Origin: Balanoglossus misakiensis
Lineage: Eukaryota; Animalia; Hemichordata
Assembly: GCA_040954595.2 (NCBI GenBank)
Contig: CM082582.2
Coordinates: forward strand, 12,669,777-12,733,776
Length of the DNA: 64,000 bases
Direction: 5' to 3'
Of this stretch, positions 41,801-53,800 are shown piece by piece; within the stretch, counting starts at the first letter, position 1, and every line of letters starts with the position of its first letter. Both the position numbers and the translations under genes were made by a program. The notes beneath the pieces were generated by a model. It saw nothing but the letters and a program-made list of their open reading frames with translations. It had not been told where the DNA came from and did not search any database.

Positions 41801-44800
41801 AAAGATTGTCGTAAACATGCTTCTTGTTGTGTTGAGGCCAGTGTATATGAAGCGTAACATTCTGTGTGCTGTTTGTTTTTCACAGCAAAAGAGAGGTGGC
41901 CAAATACTTAATAAACCAGGGAGCTGATGTGAATATACAAGCCAAGGATGGTTGCACAGCCTTTGATCTCGCAGTACTTATAGGTATGTTCTTTCATTAA
42001 ATGTTACTTAACAGGCAATAAGCAGGTTGTGGGGGGTCTGTGTATTTTGTGCATTGCGTTGGAGTCTGCTCTGTGCTTTGAAGGTTCGTGCAGTGCATCA
42101 TGGGACATTTTATTTCCACCAGTGCTGTACTGAGTAGTGCTGCTAATAACTAATTTGTTTTTGCTTTGAACTTCAATCAACTGAAAATCAAAGTAAGTGG
42201 CATTGTAGGGATGATATGCATTATGTCATCAATCCACTAATCCACTGGATTTTATTTTCCAATTTCCAGATGATGCTGATACTACAGAACTGGTGAGGCT
42301 ACTTGCATCGGTGGCCATGAAAGTGAACAAACCTCAGAGGGGTCGATCATCCACCATGCCTTGGTCATCCAAGTCTAAAAGCTCCGACAACATCAATGGA
42401 GATGCTGAACCACCCAAGAGTGGCCTGAAGGTAATGTGTCCAGATTACGAAGGTTTTGCTGTGTTGTTGTAAAGGTCAATGACCTTTCCAGTAACCGTTA
42501 TCATGTGTATTATTGAGAGGGATTAGATTTTCACTCTGTTTATGATGCGATTTTCCTTTCCCTAGGCATGGTGGTCGAGGATGTCCAACCGCTTCCGCAA
42601 CTTGAAACTGACCAGTACATTCCGTGCCAGGTTTTCGTCCAATCGCTTGCAGCCTTTCAACGATGAGAACACTGCCACAGACGCGACCCTCAAACGTTCC
42701 TCGGAAGACGGCTCAAAGTCAAAGATCCGAAGGTCACACACAGACATGGAGATAGTGGAATTGGACCACAGGTTCAACAGTCCAAAGAAGTCAGCCAGTG
42801 AGTGGGTCACGTCAACTGTGAGAGATTCTAGCTCTCTTCTGATTCTTTCAGCCTAGTCCCTTCCATCTGCATACTGTATATGTACATGTATGCATGCATG
42901 CATGATTGGTAATATACAGTGAATTATGGTGAATTTCATTTGTTCTTATTCCAGGTATAGACAGTGGTTTGGACAACAGTCATGGTAGCAAAGCCCTCTA
43001 CACATTGGTAAGTTGTCATTGCCATCTTCCAAGTCCAAGATCATATTTTAACACCATGAATCACTCTAGTTTGGTCAATTCCATTGTCAAACTCTCTTCA
43101 AACATGTGCACCATGTTTGTGTATTGTGTGTACTAAATCTTTCTTTCCCTCCCATTTCTCAATGTACTCATAGTCCCTCGCATCGCCCACATCAAAGCTG
43201 CCCAATGAGAAGTTAATGCCAGTGGTTCCACCATTTCTGCCTTTGCCTTCGTTTGAACTCAGTAATTCAGATCGGCCACACACGCACTCCTACACATCTA
43301 AGGTAAGTGCCGACACAATTTTTCAAGCAAATTTTCCACATGTACAATTTGTGACTCATTCCAAATTTATGAAGGTTTTTTTCCAAACCACAGAAAATAG
43401 GGAACTGACATTTATACCAATTGGAGCTCGTTATCTTGAAGATTGCCAAGAACTACACTTTCACTTGCAAAGCTGTTGTGGAAATTTCCATACCAGCCAC
43501 TATCTCATTTATTTCATCAACTTTTGATCATCTGTTCATTTCAGAGTGGGAACAGAAGATCAGCTCCAGCCAGCAAGTTTTCTCGAACCATGGCCACTCC
43601 TCGTAGCCCTAATGATTCGGCCAACTTTGGGTACGATTCGTCTAGTCCAAATTCATCGTCAGGCGCAGGTGGTGTGAGCAGGGTTTTTACAGCTTCACAC
43701 AGATCACACCCGATGTATAGACGGCACACGTATGACCCATCAGGTGAGACATAAGTGATCATTGGGTCAATGCAGAGGGCAAAGATCAAAGGTCATCCCT
43801 GCTGGGGGCATTGTAATGTCTAGCCTAATTACCTTCTGTAGGGGTTTTTACACACTTCAGTGGTGACGGACAAAAACATCTTTTATTATGCCGTTATGCA
43901 GCATAAAGTAAAATGGACCCATGGTGTTTCTGAATACAATCTGAGCATTGAGAACATTTCCAAAAGAAGAAGAAAGGAATTAATGTAGCAGAAATGATGA
44001 CAGGGAGTCTGTAGAATTTTGTGTGTGTTTATGACTTGATATTTAAAAAAAGATAAAATAACTAATGCATGACTATCTTGTGATGTTAAATTGTTCTTGC
44101 AGTGTCCAGACCGCGGCCTGTGTCGTATCCTACATCAGCGTTCATGTCAGCGCCATCAGCTGTCAATGATTCCACAAGTCTCGGCAAACATAGAATGGCC
44201 AAAAGACAAGCCAATCTGTAAGTCAAAGCAAAACTGATGTGTGATTCTTTTATATTTGTCTCATAGTTGTTATCGCTGTGAACCAAAGTGTATCAGTGTA
44301 ATGGGAACAGGTGATGAACTTTGAACTGCAACACGGAATCACCAGATAAGTCTGAGTGCCCCGTGATTCCCTGTCACATGTCCAGCAGATAAATATTATG
44401 GACGTATACAGTGTCATGACCCCATGATGGCGCTAGTCACATATCCGTCAAGCAGATCAAGTTTGCCCAACCATCTTGCCTCTGTTTCTTTCAGACCCCC
44501 CAGTGCATATCACGCCGGCTCCAATTCCTCCACAACATCCAGCTCTCTGACACCATCCGGACTTCATCACAGTGGAGCCTCACAGAGCAGCACCACGCTG
44601 ACCCCATCTCACTCGCCTGACCCTAAGGGTCACCTGGGGTCAACTATCAGTTCATCCAGTATGTCAAGTTCGTCGTACAGACACAAGAATACAAGTTCAA
44701 GTAGTGGCATTAGTGAAGATGGTGAGTCTTTGTTTCACGTCATTCAATGCCAAGTTCTAAACTTGGTGATGAGTTCATGAGCTCAGTAGTTGTAAACTTA

Positions 44801-45394
44801 TTTATTGTGTATGCTTGTAATCAGTCCATATGAATACAAGGAAGCGGTTATAACAGACAAGTTGCTGGAAATAGACTTCTTGTACTCTTGATGTCAGAGT
44901 AGTGTAAACTTCCACATTCATTTCAAATGAAGGTTGCATTCTTTCCAATCAAAAATTGACTACTTGCTATCTTGTTCATTTCAAAATATGTGTCTTGTCT
45001 TTCAGATGAACTGGCTCTTCTTATGAAGAAACTCTCATTGGAAAAATATACTCCAATATTTGAAGAACAAGAGGTAAATACAATAGTAACCTCTGTAAGA
45101 TTTCTTAAAGAAGTTTTCCCACTGGACAACTAGGTACCTCCTGGTTGAGTTAGTACCCCAGTTGTATATGCTTATAAGCTTTACACTTTGACTCAATTTG
45201 TCTCTTTACAGGTTGACATGGAAGCATTCCTGACATTGACCGACGAAGACCTAAAGGAACTGGGAATATCCCACATAGAACCCAGACGTCAAATCCTAAG
45301 TGCAATAACGGAATTGAACTCCGGGAAGGGAAGAGAACGGGAATTCTTACGGACCACACTCACAAATTACAATTCCCATGACTTCCGTCGTTAA
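35886..45394 (+). CDS. ANKS6: Ankyrin repeat and SAM domain-containing protein 6
   Basis: Exons 35886-36597, 38453-38497, 40942-41146, 41886-41983, 42270-42430, 42566-42797, 42955-43007, 43174-43302, 43545-43743, 44103-44217, 44495-44721, 45006-45073, 45212-45394. N-terminal ankyrin repeats; ANKS6-type motifs [49 protein letters not shown]; Ser-rich linker; C-terminal [45 protein letters not shown]. Confidence 0.95.
38527..38619. mobile_element. Short piggyBac-type MITE (TTAA TSD, CCCT terminus)
   Basis: ttaa-ccctttcacc ... ggtgaaagga-ttaa in ANKS6 intron 2. Confidence 0.65.
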
Positions 45395-45773
45395 CTCTTT
45401 GAACTTGGCTCAGCCCAAAAAACTTGTGAGTGATGTCATAGGTCACCAGGGGTCATCCTCTCCCCCCCTCCTCCCTCTTTATCCTGGTCACATAGGCTGA
45501 CCCACCATACAATACAACAAGATCGAACCATATTTTCAGGGAATATGGGGGTGTTATTTGTGTACATTCTGAAATGTAGACTGTGTAGGATAATAATGAC
45601 CATGAATTGTGAATTTTAAAGATTTTTTGTATGTCTTTGTTGTAGCAATGTAATCTTTTATAAGAAAAATCTGTGATTGAACATTTTAAAGTTGTTTTAG
45701 AAAGGTGTTATTTACAAGCAGCCTGTGGCCAAGTGTCGAGAAACTTGCACAGAAGAACCAAGACATTGTTACC

Positions 45774-45880
45774 CCTATTCCTGAGAGGCCTTGGATAATT
45801 AGAACAAGGTAAAATATAAAAGTGTCTTGATGATTGGCTTTTCATGAACGTGCTTTAATTATCCAAGGCCCTTGAATAGG
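45774..45880. repeat. Inverted repeat/hairpin downstream of the ANKS6 stop (probable 3' UTR)
   Basis: ggccttggataatta (45787-45801) is the exact reverse complement of taattatccaaggcc (45856-45870), extended outward by cctattc/gaatagg. Confidence 0.7.
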
Positions 45881-46983
45881 CTGATGGAACAAAAGAACAG
45901 AAATCGAATAAAATGTATACAGTCTTCTCTCATTTACATTTTTCCATTTATGGTTAAAAGGGGCGTGTCTACATGTTCTCGTTGTCACGTTGTGCTGTAT
46001 TTTTTTATTTCAGTCACAGCAACGGAGATACAAAATCTGATTAGCAACATTGCCAATATATGTGACTAGCTTTATTCAGAAGACTGTTTACGTTTTAACT
46101 GAAAAGTTGAATTTTAGTAGGTGTTAAGATCAAGGTTCAAATTATGAATTACAAAGAGCAGAAGTATTTAAAACCAAATCTGACATATATTTTATAAATT
46201 GCAAGCCTTCCAATTGTGTCGGTTTCGATGCTTCTGGATAAAATATGTAAATGATATTTAGAGATGCTTGAGTCGATATTAGTATGTATTGGATGTTCTC
46301 TGTACATTGTGAACTATCTTTGGTAAATTATTTGTAGTAGATACTAAAATAGATTAAAACGATCAGTCGATATAACAATGTGAAGTCTCTTGTTTTGTTT
46401 GGCCAGTGAATATATCGTATTACAGGATCAGTCGAAGGGGTACTATGGATATTCAAAGGCCAGTCATTGGTCGACTCTGGCAGTGAATATAAATGTTCGA
46501 TCAGGAATGTCAGAAACAACGGACTTGCCGAGGAAACAGAGGAAATGAACAAACATGTCATCTTTGGTGAGTACTTTCATTTTTTTATTTCTTGGATAAC
46601 AAAACTGGAAAGAAAAATACAAAACTAGGGTGTGGGTTTCTACAAGTTTTTATGACACCACCTATACAGTATACATGTTTGTAAATGTAAAATACAGAAA
46701 ATAAAAGTGTCTATACAAATATAACATAATTTTAAAGCATACAAAAATAACATACAGTATTTGTAATACAATGTACTGAAAAACAACATAAAGTTACTGT
46801 TTGATTCCAATTATAATAAGAATAGAAATAGTTGAGATGATGATAAATACATTTTAAAGTTATTCTAACATAAGATAAAAGTCTACACATGATCTTTTTC
46901 TGACCATTACTAATATACCTATCACACAGATAATAGATGATTTTATGGTTTCTCTCCCAATAGAACTGGCATTTCCATTTTTT

Positions 46984-48142
46984 TTAATCAGACATGGAAG
47001 CTTTCTTCCATTCTTGTTGTTCAGAGTTGTAGAAGGTCAAGTCTTTATCAGATTCACTGATGCGGTGTCTAGGCAACAAAGGACGCGCATTGTGTCTCCA
47101 GATGAGAAGAATAATACGAACAAGAAAAAGAAGACCAGCTAAACCAATCAGAGATACTGTTACAAGTGAGTTAGCATTATCCGGATCCCAGTTCTTTGCA
47201 TAGCTGCCACACAAGGCAATAATGACAACAATGTAAGGGCTGATAGTATAGCGGACAAATTTCTCAATGATGAAATTCTCACAAATGAACCACACAATGA
47301 TTTCCAAAGTTAGAATTGACAGACTAATGGTGCTTGCGGTTGACTGTGAGATATTAGTGTAGTAAGCTAGGGTCATAGCCAGGTTTAAAAGAGTCGCGAT
47401 TGAACACCAAGTTGCATAAAATGCAATGCCATTATGGACCAGAAGGCGAATGGCCCAAACCTCTTTGTTACTATAGGACGCCATCAACGCCAGGTTTCGA
47501 TACAAGTTGACATGAGTTATGAAGATACAGACGTAGAGGGCGAAAGTAAGTAAAGCCAAGAAAACAAAGGCAACGGGAATATACTGTCGATCGAACATAA
47601 ATAACCAGCCGATGTTCATCCCTAAATTGACGATAAAAGTAGCATAGAATAGAGGAGTCATCACTTGAGGTTCGATGTATACATAGTTAGTCTTGTTTAC
47701 TCGACATATGGTGGTCATTGCATAGATAAGCCATAACATGTTCCAGGTGTAAATGAAGCCCCATATTGAGAAGGTCCAACCTGCTGGCGTGATCTCCAAG
47801 TAATATTCATCCGAAATACTGCCTGTGCTGTTTAGGAACAAACCTACAATAGAAAGAATGAAATAATTTAACTACAAAAATGGACTACAAACGAATCACC
47901 GCAGAAGTTAGGAAAAAACAAACTTTTTTCCAAAATATCTTCAACTGACCGATGCTGGATGCGGATAAAAATCACATCGTTTCTGGTCATCAACACTATA
48001 GTGGTCGGAGAGAATATTGACGCATACCTGAATCACGTCCAACACTGCTTCCTGCAAAAGCGTTGATGGCAATAGTCACCAGATACACCAGCATTGTCAT
48101 CACTATGACAAATATAAACCAAGGTTTGTGTTGCGCTGCCAT
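46984..48142 (-). CDS. Multi-pass membrane protein, TspO/tryptophan-rich sensory protein-like (324 aa)
   Basis: Exon 1 48142-48028 (MAAQHKPWFIFVIVMTMLVYLVTIAINAFAG), exon 2 47843-46984; 975 nt. Motif ITPAGWTFSIWGFIY, later NIGWLFMF and FYATWCSIATLLN, about 7-8 hydrophobic segments. Family assignment is from recalled motifs, not a search. Confidence 0.85.
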
Positions 48143-49632
48143 GGTGATCAAACTGCGACTTTCTGTAGAGCGGAAACAAACGGAATCGCCACCATTACAT
48201 TAGCTAAGTACATAAAATACAATGTAAATTTACTTTGTTTCGCCAAAGAAAGGGAATGTTTGCCTTCTACCAATTCAAACTTCAAATGCCTTAAAAACAA
48301 AAAAATTGGCCACACGTCAAATCGGTGTCATTGAGAGTGAACGGGTGGTGACAGTCTGGAGACAGACGAACCGCGTATGTGATTGGTATTATGATCATTA
48401 ACATGTTAATATCTACAGCAGGCATAAAAGAGAAATTTACATGTGCATATTTCACGCAAACAGACATTCACATTGCGAGTTACGCAATACAGAGTCAACT
48501 AAAAAGGAAAAAGAAAGGTTTATGTAAATCTTCGACGGTAGTCGTGGGCCCTAGAACTGCACCTAAGGCTGCTAGCTATGTTTTTGACGACTCGACCTTG
48601 AGCTACAGTACTGCAGCTACAGTGGATGACGACAGTATCTATTTCCATAATCGCACTGGACGATTCCGACCGTCGACAGTCGTACCTACCTGGGTTAGGC
48701 CTGGTGGGTATGGCTACTAGCAAAGGCACCAAATTCCAGCTCACTATTCCCGGCGGATCGATATCTGCTATCGTATCGACGGCGACAATCTTCTGATGCT
48801 GTGTGTCGATATCGATGTGCTGCAAACCTTGATTATTATGAAACTGATCACGCGTTGACCGTGACAATACATATGCACATGCGTGAGTTTCCAAGCTTAC
48901 ATAACTAGTCCCTTTAGAGCAGCGCAGCCAGCGGTGGGACCAGACTACTTACACAACGTGAAGGAGCAAACACGTGTACAGACACTTGACTAAATATGTC
49001 GTCACAACCCGTCATACGCGCCACACGATAACACAGGGAACAAAGTAATCTGACCGTCGGAAAAAACGGAGCAGGCTACGTTATTGTTATTGTTGTCTAA
49101 TAAAATTGAAGAACACTACCAATTTCTTGTTGTTTCAATCACATTTTCAGTTTTTTATATATATTGCCTATTGATGAATATAGAGAAAACAGGGTGTTTC
49201 CATGCTACTTTATATAGGGGGTCTCCAATATTGTGGAAATGTTGTGTCAGCACTTTTCTCGTAAACATCTGAAGAGCTTTATCAAAAAATCAAACGCGGA
49301 GACATGTGTTTTCTTTATAGCTTTTAATAATACTCCTCTTTTGGTAACCTTTTGTGAAAATTTCAAGACAGTGGCATTATTGTAACACTGCCTGTAAGGC
49401 TATAAAATATGATAACCACGCACTGCATTTGTGTAGTCATCTATCATAATCATTTATATATAGCGTCTCTTTCATTGGCGGACGAAGGGACACACCCCTT
49501 TGTGTACATACTATCCACGGGGCCCATTGTATCTACATTGTACATGTTGTATTGACCTATTTCAGGCCTGGACAGGGGATCGGACGGAGCCGTCTGAAGT
49601 CTTCATACACGTTGCATTATCAAGCTTGCGTT

Positions 49633-50720
49633 ATGTTTCGATCGCGCATTTACCACTTGGGGCTGTCAAGTGTTCGTCGTTTCTGCGGTCACTCGGTCAA
49701 CAAAAAGAACCCGGCAGTTGTAATAGGACGAAGTTACTTCATCCAGATCCGCAAACTTGCGTCTTCGGCCTCCGCCGCCCCCAAAATCAGTTCGAGCGAT
49801 GCGGAAGCTCTGAACTACAGCGCTCGTGTCGACCTTGCTGCAGCTTATCGCGGATTCATGAAGTACGACCTGCATGAAGGCATTTGCAACCATCTGAGTT
49901 TGAGCGCTCCTTCACGGGATGGTTCTACCAAAGTTATGCTTCTCATCCCTTATGGTCTACACTGGCAAGAGGTACGTGCACTGGCAAGAGGTACTAACAC
50001 CATTTCTTTGTCCAGGACCGGAGACAAGTCGGTCGCCAGAGATGCGTTTTGACAAAATATTCCCACGCAGTTGGCTGAGTGTACATGTATATGCATCAGT
50101 GCATTTATTGGGGCCTGACTGTGTTTGTATGTATCTGATATAGGGCCTAAGCCTTATAAACGCTTAAAAGGTAGACTAGGACTAGCCCACTGACAAGGGG
50201 AGTTTTGTCGAAGTTTCGGTACTGAGTAGCTGAAGTTTCGGTTCAGTAACTCGAGGTTTTGCCTTGGTTTGTGATCAGACAAAATTCTGTTTGCCTGTGG
50301 CTTTATGTGTTGTGTAACACTGTTCTACCGCACAAAGGCAAAACACCTCGACCTGCTGAACTGCAGTTATGTACTGAGCCGAGATTCCGTTACAGCCTTG
50401 CGCGATCCCACGACGTCACTCTCCAGTAACCATGACAGTGTGGATGGGGCAAGTTTTGTGAAGCCCCAAGTATGAGTGATGAAAGGGTTAAAGTAGTAGC
50501 TTTGATATCGTCAAATTGAATGACCTTATTAATGAAGTAAATTATTATCAACAGGTGACTGCCAGTAAATTAGTTGGTGTTGACGTGAAAACGGGGGAAG
50601 TGATTGAGGGCGAAGGAAAGCCGGAGACGTCTGCTTCAGAAATCCACCGTGCAGTACACAATGCCCGACCTGATATCTCAACATGCCTTCATGTTCATCC
50701 ACCATATTCCACTGCTTTGG
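49633..50720 (+). CDS. Class II aldolase/adducin-family metalloenzyme, exons 1-2 only (3'-partial), with putative mitochondrial presequence
   Basis: Exon 1 49633-49971, exon 2 50555-50720. ARVDLAAAYR..EGICNHLS..LIPYGLHWQEVTASKLVGVD..EIHRAVHNARPDISTCLHVHPPYSTAL is the class II aldolase/adducin head with an intact HxH. Remaining exons are not in the window. Confidence 0.88.
50241..50361. repeat. Decayed inverted repeat (MITE-like) in aldolase intron 1
   Basis: gttcagtaactcgaggttttgcctt pairs imperfectly with aaggcaaaacacctcgacctgctgaac. Confidence 0.5.
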
Positions 50721-50863
50721 GTGAGATAACATATTGAGCATTTGAGTTTTGCACTTACATCCTGAATAGAACAGCAGTATGATCATCGGTTTCCCTGTTT
50801 CCATGTCTGTTGTTTCCAAGAACATGGAATACAGAGGATTTCATGTCATATGCATGGATGATA

Positions 50864-53800
50864 TAGCTAATACACGCTGAAAAAGATGACAAATCCTTGA
50901 CTTTGTGGATTTTGATCATTTCGACATTTTATAGCTCACGAAAATCGTCAATAATGACAAATCCTCGACTGTGTGAAATTCTTTACTTTTGATGTTTTTG
51001 GACAGGAAAAATGACAAATTCTCGACTTTGCGAAATTTTGAGATTTTGACGTTTTTCGTGGGTTATAGCTAATGAAAATCGTCAAAAAGGACAAATTCCC
51101 AACTTCGTAAATTTTTGTGATTTTCACGTTTTTGGACATTTTTCATGGGTTATAGCTCAGGAAAATCGTTAAAAAATGAGAATTTTTCGACTTTGCGAAT
51201 TTTCAAAATTTGGTCGATTTTTGAAAAAACCATGGGTTATAGCTCAGGAGCTATAACCCATGATTTTCCTGAGCTATAACCCATGTTTTTTTCAAAAATC
51301 GACCAAATTTTGAAAATTCGCAAAGTCGAAAAATTCTCATTTTCTGACGATTTTCCTGAGCTATAACCCATGGTTTTTTCAAAAATCGACAAAATTTTGA
51401 AAATTCGCAAAGTCGAAAAATTCTCATTTTCTGACGATTTTCCTGAGCTATAACCCATGGTTTTTTCAAAAATCGACCAAATTTTGAAAATTCGCAAAGT
51501 CGAAAAATTCTCATTTTCTGACGATTTTCCTGAGCTATAACCCATGGTTTTTTCAAAAATCGACCAAATTTTGAAAATTCGCAAAGTCGAAAAATTCTCA
51601 TTTTCTGACGATTTTCCTGAGCTATAACCCATGGTTTTTTCAAAAATCGACCAAATTTTGGAAATTCGCAAAGTCGAAAAATTCTCATTTTCTGACGATT
51701 TTCCTGAGCTATAACCCATGGTTTTTTCAAAAATCGACCAAATTTTGAAAATTCGCAAAGTCGAAAAATTCTCATTTTCTGACGATTTTCCTGAGCTATA
51801 ACCCATGGTTTTTTCAAAAATCGACCAAATTTTGAAAATTCGCAAAGTCGAAAAATTCTCATTTTCTGACGATTTTCCTGAGCTATAACCCATGGTTTTT
51901 TCAAAAATCGACCAAATTTTGAAAATTCGCAAAGTCGAAAAATACTCATTTTCTGACGATTTTCCTGAGCTATAACCCATGGTTTTTTCAAAAATCGACC
52001 AAATTTTGAAAATTCGCAAAGTCGAAAAATTCTCATTTTCTGACGATTTTCCTGAGCTATAACCCATGGTTTTTTCAAAAATCGACCAAATTTTGAAAAT
52101 TCGCAAAGTCGAAAAATTCTCATTTGCTGACGATTTTCCTGAGCTATAACCCATGGTTTTTTCAAAAATCGACCAAATTTTGAAAATTCGCAAAGTCGAA
52201 AAATTCTCATTTTCTGACGATTTTCCTGAGCTATAACCCATGGTTTTTTCAAAAATCGACCAAATTTTGAAAATTCGCAAAGTCGAAAAATTCTCATTTT
52301 CTGACGATTTTCCTGAGCTATAACCCATGGTTTTTTCAAAAATCGACCAAATTTTGAAAATTCGCAAAGTCGAAAAATTCTCCTTTTCTGACGATTTTCC
52401 TGAGCTATAACCCATGGTTTTTTCAAAAATCGACCAAATTTTGAAAATTCGCAAAGTCGAAAAATTCTCATTTTCTGACGATTTTCCTGAGCTATAACCC
52501 ATGGTTTTTTCAAAAATCGACCAAATTTTGAAAATTCGCAAAGTCGAAAAATTCTCATTTTCTGACGATTTTCCTGAGCTATAACCCATGGTTTTTTCAA
52601 AAATCGACCAAATTTTGAAAATTCGCAAAGTCGAAAAATACTCATTTTCTGACGATTTTCCTGAGCTATAACCCATGGTTTTTTCAAAAATCGACCAAAT
52701 TTTGAAAATTCGCAAAGTCGAAAAATTCTCATTTTCTGACGATTTTCCTGAGCTATAACCCATGGTTTTTTTCAAAAATCGACCAAATTTTGAAAATTCG
52801 CAAAGTCGAAAAATTCTCATTTTCTGACGATTTTCCTGAGCTATAACCCATGGTTTTTTCAAAAATCGACCAAATTTTGAAAATTCGCAAAGTCGAAAAA
52901 TTCTCATTTTCTGACGATTTTCCTGAGCTATAACCCATGGTTTTTTCAAAAATCGACCAAATTTTGAAAATTCGCAAAGTCGAAAAATTCTCATTTTCTG
53001 ACGATTTTCCTGAGCTATAACCCATGGTTTTTTCAAAAATCGACCAAATTTTGAAAATTCGCAAAGTCGAAAAATTCTCATTTTCTGACGATTTTCCTGA
53101 GCTATAACCCATGGTTTTTTCAAGAATCGACCAAATTTTGAAAATTCGCAAAGTCGAAAAATTCTCCTTTTCTGACGATTTTCCTGAGCTATAACCCATG
53201 GTTTTTTCAAGAATCGACCAAATTTTGAAAATTCGCAAAGTCGAAAAATTCTCATTTTCTGACGATTTTCCTGAGCTATAACCCATGTTTTTTTCAAAAA
53301 TCGACCAAATTTTGAAAATTCGCAAAGTCGAAAAATTCTCATTTTCTGACGATTTTCCTGAGCTATAACCCATGGTTTTTTTCAAAAATCGACCAAATTT
53401 TGAAAATTCGCAAAGTCGAAAAATTCTCATTTTCTGACGATTTTCCTGAGCTATAACCCATGGTTTTTTCAAAAATCGACCAAATTTTGAAAATTCGCAA
53501 AGTCGAAAAATTCTCATTTTCTGACGATTTTCCTGAGCTATAACCCATGGTTTTTTCAAAAATCGACCAAATTTTGAAAATTCGCAAAGTCGAAAAATTC
53601 TCATTTTCTGACGATTTTCCTGAGCTATAACCCATGGTTTTTTCAAAAATCGACCAAATTTTGAAAATTCGCAAAGTCGAAAAATTCTCATTTTCTGACG
53701 ATTTTCCTGAGCTATAACCCATGGTTTTTTCAAAAATCGACCAAATTTTGAAAATTCGCAAAGTCGAAAAATTCTCATTTTCTGACGATTTTCCTGAGCT

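Noticed and set aside
51317-51333. CENP-B box in the monomer (ttcgcaaagtcgaa)
   Set aside because: Spacing between the CpGs is 6 rather than 7 nt and the CGGG end is missing on both strands.
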